From Thermoplasmata archaeon (GTDB lineage: Archaea > Thermoplasmatota > Thermoplasmata > GCA-020350865), in contig CP070751.1 of NCBI GenBank assembly GCA_020348445.1, positions 628,321 through 692,320 on the forward strand: 64,000 nucleotides of DNA, given 5' to 3'. Under the pieces are notes generated by a model. It ran no database searches. It worked only from the letters and a program-made list of their open reading frames with translations, and was not told the origin of the DNA. A program made the position numbers and the translations under genes. Shown one piece after another: positions 10,609-18,982 of the stretch (the first letter of the stretch is position 1; every line of letters starts with the position of its first letter).

Positions 10609-11292
10609 ATGAGAAAGCCAAGCAAAGTCTGGGAGAAGGTGTATCAAATAGGAGGGCCAAGTATGTCCCATGCCCAGGACTGCATGATTTTTCTTGTGGA
10701 TATCGGATTCGGCGAGAGCATTTTAATTGACTGCGGAGCAGGCAACAGTTTTGAAACGCTGTTAAAAAATATCAGATCAGTTGGACTTGAGCCTCAAAGG
10801 TTAAAGGCCCTGATTTTAACCCACTGCCACATAGACCATATCGGAGGAACATGGGAATTCAAAGACAAATTTAAAATTAAAATAGTGGCACACAAAGAAG
10901 ATGCAGATGCAATCGAGGGCAAAAACACAAAAAAAACCGCAGCTCTATGGTACGGGGTGGACTATAAACCTGTGTCCGTGGATCATATTCTATCTGAAGA
11001 TCTTGAAACCCTCACATTCGGGGATGTGGATTTTAACTGTCTCCATACACCAGGGCACACTCCAGGTTCGATTTCAGTTTACTGCGACATAGAAGGTAAA
11101 AGAATACTTTTTGGGCAGGATATTCACGGTCCATTCGACGCCAGCTTCCAATCAAATATCGAGGATTGGAGAAAATCCATGAAGAAATTGTTGGATTTAC
11201 AGGCCGATATTCTATGCGAAGGCCATTTTGGTATCTATCGTTCAAAAGAGGATGTAAGAAAATACATCGAAAGTTATCTCAGAAGGTATTGA
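10609..11292 (+). CDS. Metallo-beta-lactamase fold hydrolase
   Basis: THCHIDH, HTPGHTPGS, GQD, CEGH motifs. Confidence 0.9.
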   Translation: MRKPSKVWEKVYQIGGPSMSHAQDCMIFLVDIGFGESILIDCGAGNSFETLLKNIRSVGLEPQRLKALILTHCHIDHIGGTWEFKDKFKIKIVAHKEDADAIEGKNTKKTAALWYGVDYKPVSVDHILSEDLETLTFGDVDFNCLHTPGHTPGSISVYCDIEGKRILFGQDIHGPFDASFQSNIEDWRKSMKKLLDLQADILCEGHFGIYRSKEDVRKYIESYLRRY

Positions 11293-11491
11293 ATTCAAAT
11301 TTTAAACCATTGGCCTCAAATGAGTTCATAGAATATGTAATGAAAGCGACATTATTAAAATTATTTTTGACATAAAACGCCGAAATATGTTCCGATATAG
11401 TATATATCAGCGAAATATTCAACGAATATCAACAATAGATTTAAATGGTAAAATAATCATACCCAAAGCTAAATCGTAGCGGTGAGCAACC

Positions 11492-12010
11492 ATGGTAAAA
11501 CGTAAGTCGAGCAGAGAAAAATCAGAGTTGGCTAGGCGGTGGGAGGGCCTTGATTTGGACCTTCTTCCCATTGATTCGTTGGATGTAAACATTCTGGATA
11601 TTTTGCGTGAAAACTCCAGAACAAGCAACGCCGTGATTGCAAGAATGTTGGGCACAAGTGAAGCCACTATAAGACGCAGGATCAAGAACATGATGGACAA
11701 GGGAATCATTGTAGGTTTTTCCACTTATATCAATTACTCACTCATAGAGAATCCTGTCAAGGCCTACATACACATAAAGGTCAGAACAGAAAAAATGGAA
11801 TCAGTAGTTGATAAGATAAAGTCCCATGATATGCTGTTGGCTTTATACCGTGTTGCAGGGGAGTACGATATACTCTGTGTGACAATGTTTTCCTCCATGA
11901 ATGGCCTGCATGAATTTATCGATTACTTTTTAGGGATCGATGGGATAATAGAGACGAATACGCAGATTGTGATGAAAGCCCACAAGGGAGTGCCCTGGAC
12001 TGGGATTTAA
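11492..12010 (+). CDS. Lrp/AsnC family transcriptional regulator
   Basis: DSLDVNILDILRENSRTSNAVIARMLGTSEATIRRRI HTH; AGEYDIL C-terminal RAM domain. Confidence 0.9.
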   Translation: MVKRKSSREKSELARRWEGLDLDLLPIDSLDVNILDILRENSRTSNAVIARMLGTSEATIRRRIKNMMDKGIIVGFSTYINYSLIENPVKAYIHIKVRTEKMESVVDKIKSHDMLLALYRVAGEYDILCVTMFSSMNGLHEFIDYFLGIDGIIETNTQIVMKAHKGVPWTGI

Positions 12011-12112
12011 GTAAAATTGCTTTATGTTTTCCCTCTATTTAGTGATTGTATTACTAGCTGGATATTTCCTTTTTTATCGGTTATTATCGAAAACTTTCAA
12101 ACAGTCAAAATT

Positions 12113-13147
12113 TTATACCCTTTTTTTCCTCTTTTTTATAACAAATATATAAATCAAGACCAGTATAATAATTCCTATACTTGATAGAACATATAGGTAA
12201 GGAGAAATTTCAATAATCCCATCATTGGATAAATCATATTCAAATACTTCAATCTCCTCCCATTTATTGTTATTATTGTCGACCACTTTTACAATAAAAG
12301 AATAATTACCACTTCCATCCTCTGATTTATCCCATATAACTCGTAGAATTAAAATACCCTGATCTTGATATTCATACTCAATAATCTCAAAATCTACGAT
12401 ATTTTTTCCTGATGGTCCATTAATCAGGACATTATAATCAGCAATATCATATATACCGAATGCATCTGTAATCATCAAATCTACCACAGCCTTATTTTTC
12501 GTAGTTGTATGATTAAAAATATCGATAGAAATTGGTTTTGTATTAATTGTAAAACGAGAGGGATGATTTGTGCTATTATAGAGGATTCTCGCTTCTGCTG
12601 GTGACTGAGATCCTATAATTCCTACATCTATCCCCATACCAATACAATCTCCTGTATTGAAATATTTTAAATCATCTGGAAGAACCTCTTCAGAAAGCAC
12701 ACCACTAAACTCCACAGGTTCGTCGAAAACTAAGTTACTACCTATAGTTAGTCCATAGGTTTGTCCCTCTCCACTAGACTTATGAATGTTTAGAGAGGCC
12801 TGTATAGTAAGATATCTGGGGGAATTGCATACTGCCCATACAGTGATATGAACATCCCCAAAAATTGAGAAACTCGCCTTCAACGGATCAGAAAACCAAT
12901 AATAATAATCCGAAGATTGTAGGGGGTCATTCAGATAATAAATCTGATATTCGTCCGATAATGAAGAAGGAATTGAGGTAGAAATATTACCTGGAGGATT
13001 GGATGGCATGGTTGGATGTAAGCTTCCTCCCTCCCCATAGATATATAAGTTGATATCTTGGGAACCTTCTGAATATTCATCGGCAATAACTAGAGGAATA
13101 TTTAATAATATTATTAAACCCAGTCCAAGCACGGTAAGTATTCTCAT
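12113..13147 (-). CDS. Secreted protein with C-terminal TM anchor, unknown function
   Basis: Signal peptide; C-terminal helix plus KKRKKRV; 344 aa ORF with low GC. Confidence 0.7.
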   Translation of the reverse strand: MRILTVLGLGLIILLNIPLVIADEYSEGSQDINLYIYGEGGSLHPTMPSNPPGNISTSIPSSLSDEYQIYYLNDPLQSSDYYYWFSDPLKASFSIFGDVHITVWAVCNSPRYLTIQASLNIHKSSGEGQTYGLTIGSNLVFDEPVEFSGVLSEEVLPDDLKYFNTGDCIGMGIDVGIIGSQSPAEARILYNSTNHPSRFTINTKPISIDIFNHTTTKNKAVVDLMITDAFGIYDIADYNVLINGPSGKNIVDFEIIEYEYQDQGILILRVIWDKSEDGSGNYSFIVKVVDNNNNKWEEIEVFEYDLSNDGIIEISPYLYVLSSIGIIILVLIYIFVIKKRKKRV

Positions 13148-13435
13148 ATCAACACCGCTTAAATCACTCGCACGTTCTTTAATGAATTTACAAATTTAAA
13201 TAACTTTTTCCAATATTTGGGTATTTGTGCCCTCCTGCAACATTATCTTCTCTGAAATGATTTTTAGTTCGTGATTATTAACTTCTAAATCTCCCCACTC
13301 TAACAAATAAGAATACGTTTTCTTTAAGGGATTTATTTCTTACCTTTAGAGTTATTCATGAATTAAGAGAAACAAACCCACCCAAAACCTTTTAATTTTT
13401 GTAGAACATGCCCGCTTGATTTATGCGGTGATTTC

Positions 13436-14806
13436 TTGGAGCAGGCAATTTTAGAAGAAGGGATAAAGTCTGGTGCTACATATTGTGATGTGCGGATCGG
13501 GAATATTAAAGGTACATCCATTGAGGTTAAGGATGGCGATTTAAAGAAATCCTCCTCTGGAGAAGAGATGGGTGCGGGCATAAGGGTACTATACAAGGGT
13601 GTATGGGGTTTCTTCTCTACGAACGAGGTATCCAAAGAAAGTTTGAAAAAGGCACTTTATGATGCACTTGAGATGGCAAAAAGCGGAAGCAGGGTGGCCA
13701 AAGAAAGGGTCGAACTTTCCGAGGTAAAAGTCATCCAAAACAAAGTGGTTTGGAAGCCGAAAAATAATCCCCATGATGTACCGATTGCAGATAAATATAA
13801 AATATTGGCTGAGATGGACCGCACAATTCACAAAATCGAAGGCATCCATACTGTAACAACATCATACTCGGACAGCACAATAGGGACGCACTTCATCAGT
13901 TCTGAGGGTGCAGATATATATACCGAGATTACCAGGATCGTAACCCAGGTCAATCTGGTTGCAAGGGAAGGTGCAAAGGTCGTTGGCTACCGGGGTAGGA
14001 TAGGGGGAACATGTGGTTTTGAGCTCTTCGATATGCACGATCCTGTGGAGAAAGGTGTTAAGCTTGGAGAATCAGCTGTAAGGGTTCTTAAAGCAAAGCG
14101 CTCTCCCTCTGGTAGGTATCCAGTTGTTGCGGATCATGATCTTACAGGTGTCTTTGTGCATGAAGCTCTCGGACATACAACAGAAGCTGATCTTGTCACT
14201 TCGGGGGATTCAATTCTTGAAGGCCAGATAGGTAATAAGATAGCCCAAGATAATATCACCATTGTAGACGACTCCACCATAGAACACGCATTCGGTTCAT
14301 TTCCCTACGATGATGAAGGCACCAAAGGTGAGAGAAAGATTCTCATAAAAGATGGGGTGTTAAAAGGATATATCTTAAACAGGGAGACAGCGCATAAGCT
14401 GGGCATGCGAAGCAACGGCGGTGCAAGAGCAGAATCCTACGCCTCAAGACCTCTTGTAAGGATGAGCAACACCTTCATTGAGAAGGGAGATTATAGCTTC
14501 GAGGAAATACTAAAGGACATAGAATACGGTATCTACGCAAAAGGTACCCGCGGCGGGCAGGTTGATACAGCCAAAGGATCATTTCAGTTCAGTGCCCAGG
14601 AGGCTTTTTTGATTGAGAAGGGAGAGGTAACCACCCCCCTAAAAGATGTGTCACTTTCTGGCAAGACCCTTCAAACCTTGATGAACATAGATGCCGTGGG
14701 CAAGGACCTTGCTTTGGGTGATCCTGGTTTCTGCGGGAAGGGGCAACTTGTGCCTGTTGGTGATGGTGGCCCTCATATAAGGATTAAGGAAGCAGTTGTG
14801 GGATGA
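13436..14806 (+). CDS. tldD: TldD metalloprotease
   Basis: VHEALGH zinc motif, YDDEG, RMSNTFI, GGQVD. Confidence 0.93.
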   Translation: MEQAILEEGIKSGATYCDVRIGNIKGTSIEVKDGDLKKSSSGEEMGAGIRVLYKGVWGFFSTNEVSKESLKKALYDALEMAKSGSRVAKERVELSEVKVIQNKVVWKPKNNPHDVPIADKYKILAEMDRTIHKIEGIHTVTTSYSDSTIGTHFISSEGADIYTEITRIVTQVNLVAREGAKVVGYRGRIGGTCGFELFDMHDPVEKGVKLGESAVRVLKAKRSPSGRYPVVADHDLTGVFVHEALGHTTEADLVTSGDSILEGQIGNKIAQDNITIVDDSTIEHAFGSFPYDDEGTKGERKILIKDGVLKGYILNRETAHKLGMRSNGGARAESYASRPLVRMSNTFIEKGDYSFEEILKDIEYGIYAKGTRGGQVDTAKGSFQFSAQEAFLIEKGEVTTPLKDVSLSGKTLQTLMNIDAVGKDLALGDPGFCGKGQLVPVGDGGPHIRIKEAVVG

Positions 14807-16166
14807 GGAGATGATGGATACAGCTAAAAAAATAGCGGATCGCGCCCTTGAATTTGGGGCAGACGAGGCCGAGGTTTTTATAATCGAAAGTCATTGCCGA
14901 GGATTCACAATAGAGAAGAATTCCGTATCCTCCATATCTGGTGGGGTTGATAGAGGAATCGGTATCAGGATTTTAAAGGACAAGAAACTGGGATTTGCTT
15001 ACTGCACAGAGGAGAAAGATAATGAAGAAGCCATAAAAAGAGCGTTATCCCTTTCCAAGCTCGGGAAGGAATCTGAGTTCACTTTTCCTGAGCCTAAAGA
15101 TATTAAAAAGATCCATAACTTGTTCGACCAAAGAATTGTTGAGTATCCCACGAAAGAGGCCCTGGAAGGGGCAGTTAATCTTGTGAAATCCGGACTCGAG
15201 GTGGATAAGGATGTTATTGTAACGAGAGGAGGCCTCAGTTACGGTTATGAAAGCTTTGTTGTCGTAAATTCAAAGGGTCTTGCTGTGGAGGATAAAGGTA
15301 CAGAGATACATGCCGGTGTCAGCATGGTGCTAAAAAAAGATGGTATCTCCACAGGATTTGAGGATTATTCTTCGAGGATTCTTGAAATCGATTTCTGTGA
15401 CTTGGGAAAAAAGTGTGCCGAACTTACAGTAAAAGGCCAGAACGCCAAAAAGATCGAGGACAAGAAGATGACAGTTGTTTTAACACCACATGCCTTTGCC
15501 AACCTATTGGAGTTTATAACCGCCCCTGCACTTTTGGGCGAGGCAGCCCATAAAAACGAATCAGTATATTCTGGTAAAACGGGAGAGCAAGTGGCAAGCG
15601 AAAAGCTCACTGCAATCGATGACGGCTCCTTTGCTGGGGGGCTCAATTCCGCAATTGTGGATGATGAGGGAGTCCCTTCAAAAAGGACAGTTCTCATAGA
15701 CAAGGGGATTTTACAGGGATTCTTGTATTCCCAGGGCAGCGCAATTGAATTCGACAAAGACACAACAGCCAATGCCATGAGAGCCGAGAGATTTGCCTCG
15801 GCAAGGAACTATAAATCACCGCCTGTGGTTAAAGCGAGAAACATCATCGTAGAGGGAGAATGCGAGAAAGTGGATGCCCTAATTTCAGAGGTTGACGAGG
15901 GTGTTCTGGTGTACGAAGTTCTAGGTGCCCATACTTCCAATCCCGCAAGCGGGGATTTTTCAGTGGAAAGCCCAATACTGTTTAAGATCGAGCGCGGAGA
16001 GATCGTTCATCCCATAAAAAGCGCCATGCTCTCGGGGAACTTCCCAGAGTGTCTGAAGGATGTGCGGGGAATAGGTGACGATCATAAATTGGTTTCAGGG
16101 GGTCTTACACCTGTAAGTTTCTCTATTCCCACCGTAAGCCTGGGTGGTATGAGGGTTACAGGTTGA
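14796..16166 (+). CDS. pmbA: PmbA/TldE protease subunit
   Basis: ADEAEVF, DDEGVPSKRT, GAHTSNPASGDFS; coupled to tldD. Confidence 0.92.
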   Translation: MWDEEMMDTAKKIADRALEFGADEAEVFIIESHCRGFTIEKNSVSSISGGVDRGIGIRILKDKKLGFAYCTEEKDNEEAIKRALSLSKLGKESEFTFPEPKDIKKIHNLFDQRIVEYPTKEALEGAVNLVKSGLEVDKDVIVTRGGLSYGYESFVVVNSKGLAVEDKGTEIHAGVSMVLKKDGISTGFEDYSSRILEIDFCDLGKKCAELTVKGQNAKKIEDKKMTVVLTPHAFANLLEFITAPALLGEAAHKNESVYSGKTGEQVASEKLTAIDDGSFAGGLNSAIVDDEGVPSKRTVLIDKGILQGFLYSQGSAIEFDKDTTANAMRAERFASARNYKSPPVVKARNIIVEGECEKVDALISEVDEGVLVYEVLGAHTSNPASGDFSVESPILFKIERGEIVHPIKSAMLSGNFPECLKDVRGIGDDHKLVSGGLTPVSFSIPTVSLGGMRVTG

Positions 16167-16238
16167 AAATAGAGATATCTCCATCCATAATTTTAATAAT
16201 AGGAATACCGTTTCGGTTTCGAATATCCTGTTTCAATT

Positions 16239-16312
16239 GGGCCTATAGCTTAGACTGGTGGAGCGCCCGGCTGATAACCGGGAGGTCGAGAGTTCAAATC
16301 TCTCTAGGCCCA
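16239..16312 (+). tRNA. tRNA-Ile(GAT), intronless
   Basis: GGGCCTA/TAGGCCC acceptor stem, CCGG-CT-GAT-AA-CCGG anticodon arm, GAGAG-TTCAAAT-CTCTC T arm. Confidence 0.96.
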
Positions 16313-16337
16313 CTTACCTTTTATATTAAATTGATTC

Positions 16338-16622
16338 GTGGGCCTATTGATGTTCGAGTTATGCTAGAGATCGCTAAGTCTTAAGCTCGAACATCTCTAG
16401 GCCATAAATTAAGGATGGTGTTCTGAGCATCTCTAGGCCTCTGGTTATCAATTCAATCAAATTAATACGTGGGCCTATTGACGCTCAGGTTATGCTAGAG
16501 GTTGCTATTTCTTAAACCTGAGCATCTCTAGGCCCACAAGAATTAAGAATGGTGTGCTGAGCATCTCTAGGCCCCCAAGAATTAAGAATGGCGTGCTGAG
16601 CATCTCTAGGCCCTTGGTTATC
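16338..16622 (+). repeat. Array of two palindromic cassettes and three 36-39 nt units, each ending in the tRNA-Ile 3' end (CATCTCTAGGCC)
   Basis: CATCTCTAGGCC occurs five times; cassettes at 16338-16403 and 16469-16537; both modules end in TGGTTATC. Confidence 0.9.
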
Positions 16623-16644
16623 TAAAGACATGAATAAGCCCCCT

Positions 16645-16660
16645 CCGAAAAATATATAAA
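16645..16660 (+). promoter_or_regulatory. Putative BRE/TATA promoter for the small ORF-kamA unit
   Basis: CCGAAAAATATATAAA matches archaeal BRE-TATA; implies about 190 nt leader before ATG 16874. Confidence 0.5.
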
Positions 16661-16873
16661 GGGGGAGCAGATATATAATAGGGACAGCCGAAAAAGCATA
16701 ACAACACTACTTTCAGAGAGGCAGTGTGAGATAGCCTGCCAAACTGTTTAGGGGCGGAGCTACAAGGATTATCGAATATCTATTCGAGTTGTTAAATCAC
16801 TGCTCTCATGTTGAGTACATAGGGTTTCTGATTTAAATCAGAAAGCGAATTCGTGCTAAAAGGAGGTTAAAAT

Positions 16874-17062
16874 ATGTCAATATTAGCTCCAGCAAAGATG
16901 AGGCTATGGATTGAACTGTGGAAGGAGGAAGTGATGGCCTCGATTCCAAAAGAAGAATTACAGCAAAAATTTCAAGGTAAGCAGATTAAAAAAGGACGAA
17001 TGCCCACTAAGCCACCCGAGAAGATCCAAGCTAAACTCGAGGGAGGAGGCCAAGTTTTGTAG
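16874..17062 (+). CDS. 62-aa Lys/Gln-rich small protein, unknown function
   Basis: Perfect AGGAGGT RBS 7 nt before ATG; sits just upstream of kamA-family gene. Confidence 0.55.
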   Translation: MSILAPAKMRLWIELWKEEVMASIPKEELQQKFQGKQIKKGRMPTKPPEKIQAKLEGGGQVL

Positions 17063-17174
17063 TTGGGCTATTATCGCCAATCCTTGGTTGGCTTTGTTTC
17101 CAAGGCAATCGTAGAATAGACAACAGTATCGATAAATGCAATACGATTTAAATCCGTGGGGGGAGTGAATCGTT

Positions 17175-18971
17175 ATGGTAAATAGATGGCAAAATTGCTG
17201 GGATGCAAGTGCAGAGATATATACACTTTTAAAGGAAAGTGACACCGTTGACGGTGCAAGGGAGAAACTGATACACCAACTTGAAGCCTTGGAATGGTCG
17301 TATCGCAGGGACTTTGTGCAGATAAAGTCGTGGGATTACATTGTCCTGAAAGAGGCTGTTAGATGCTTCAAGAATATAATATCACCCAGAAATGAGCGTC
17401 TGGCAGATACCTCCGCACTGGAACATTTATGGAAAGCAGCAGTTGAGGGCGACTCCGATGTGAGCGACGACTTCATTATCGAATTCGAGCATTTATTCAA
17501 GGCGATAAAGGGTCATGCAGATATATATCCCTCAACACTTATGAACGGCATAGAGTACCCAGATTTCGAACAATACAAGGGCAGAGAAGCAGGGAAAATG
17601 CGTTCCGACTTCTTGGATATCATGGGTCAAGAAATGGAGAAGTTTATAAAGAGATATCCAAGTGGTTTAGATCCAGAGATTTTAAAGAAACGGGAAGAAA
17701 ACAAAGAGCGTATTTTGGACCTTTTTTCCGCGACACAGGAGAACTGGGACGACTGGAAATGGCAGTTTAGGCATGTATTTAAAAAGAAAGATGATATAGA
17801 AAATTTAAAAAAAGTAATAAAATTGACAGAAGATGAAGAAACTGCCATGAAGCTTGCTTGCGAAAATGGAGTTCCTTTTGGAGTGACTCCCCACTATCTT
17901 CACCTAATGGATTTCGAACCCAATGGCAACGATTATGCGGTGAGGAGGCAGGTGTTTCCACCTTTAAGCTATGTAGAGAACATGATAGCCCATAAAGAGG
18001 ACAGGGAACACGCATTTGACTTCATGCGCGAGCATGACACCTCACCCTTAAATTTGATTACAAGACGCTATCCAAAAGTGGCCATAATAAAGCCCTATGA
18101 CTCCTGCCCGCAGATTTGCGTTTACTGTCAGCGCAACTGGGAGATCACAGAACCACTTATGGATTCTGCAGAGGCTCCCAAGGGTTCACTTGATGATGCC
18201 CTGGATTGGTTTGCAGAGCACGAGCAAATGATGGATGTATTGGTCACTGGAGGAGATCCACTAGTCATGAACGATAATAAGGTGGAGTACATAGTGCGAA
18301 GATTGTCAGAAGAGCCCCATCTACGCAGCATAAGAATAGCCACCCGGATTCCCATCACAGTTCCCCAAAGAATTACCCTTGAGCTTTGCGAAATTTTCGG
18401 AAGTTACTATGAAGTTGGTAAACAAACGATCTGCATGGTTACACATTTTTCCCACCCCTACGAGATGACCATGGAAACAGCAGTGGCCATTCAAAGGATT
18501 AAGAAACAAGGAATACATGTGTACAATCAACATGTTTATTCCTTTGCAGGGAGCAGGCGCTTTGAGTCAGTTGCATTGAGAATAGCAATGAAACAAATCG
18601 GAGTGGATCCTTACTACACATTCAACATGAAAGGTAAGACCGAGATCGAAGATTATGCCGTGCCTGTTGCTAGGGTATTACAGGAGCGAAAAGAAGAGGC
18701 GCGATTGTTACCAGGGGTGTTCCGCTCTGATGAACCTGTTTTCAATGTTCCATTTCTCGGAAAAAATCACCTTAGGGCCTGGCAGGACCATGAGCTGATA
18801 TCTATACTGCCCGAAGGGGGGAGGGTATATTCGTTCCATCCATGGGAAAAGAACATCAACAGGGTTAAACCCTATCTTTATGTGGATGTTCCAATAAAAA
18901 CATATTTAGAGAAATTAGAAAAGAGAGGGGAGAATCCCAGGGATTATAGAAGCATCTGGTATTATTACTAA
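17175..18971 (+). CDS. KamA-family radical SAM/PLP aminomutase with long N-terminal extension
   Basis: NWDDWKWQ, PFGVTPHY, ITRRYP, CPQICVYC (CxxxCxxC), VLVTGGDPL, IRIATRIP, THFSHPYE, VPFLGK (PLP-Lys position). Confidence 0.9.
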   Translation: MVNRWQNCWDASAEIYTLLKESDTVDGAREKLIHQLEALEWSYRRDFVQIKSWDYIVLKEAVRCFKNIISPRNERLADTSALEHLWKAAVEGDSDVSDDFIIEFEHLFKAIKGHADIYPSTLMNGIEYPDFEQYKGREAGKMRSDFLDIMGQEMEKFIKRYPSGLDPEILKKREENKERILDLFSATQENWDDWKWQFRHVFKKKDDIENLKKVIKLTEDEETAMKLACENGVPFGVTPHYLHLMDFEPNGNDYAVRRQVFPPLSYVENMIAHKEDREHAFDFMREHDTSPLNLITRRYPKVAIIKPYDSCPQICVYCQRNWEITEPLMDSAEAPKGSLDDALDWFAEHEQMMDVLVTGGDPLVMNDNKVEYIVRRLSEEPHLRSIRIATRIPITVPQRITLELCEIFGSYYEVGKQTICMVTHFSHPYEMTMETAVAIQRIKKQGIHVYNQHVYSFAGSRRFESVALRIAMKQIGVDPYYTFNMKGKTEIEDYAVPVARVLQERKEEARLLPGVFRSDEPVFNVPFLGKNHLRAWQDHELISILPEGGRVYSFHPWEKNINRVKPYLYVDVPIKTYLEKLEKRGENPRDYRSIWYYY

Positions 18972-18982
18972 TTTAAAATGTT

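Noticed and set aside
16411-16430. Fluoride riboswitch (GATGGTGTTC core match)
   Set aside because: Flanking GGCG/CGCC stem and the downstream pseudoknot partner are missing; no crcB-type gene follows
16340-16536. Cassettes as degenerate or split tRNA genes
   Set aside because: No D arm, anticodon arm or BHB bulges; only the acceptor-stem ends match
16404-16613. CRISPR mini-array
   Set aside because: Units are directly tandem with no unique spacers, the repeat is the tRNA 3' end, and no cas genes are present
17060-17175. Pyrrolysine-type UAG readthrough fusing the 62-aa ORF to kamA
   Set aside because: kamA is in a different frame and further in-frame TAG stops intervene
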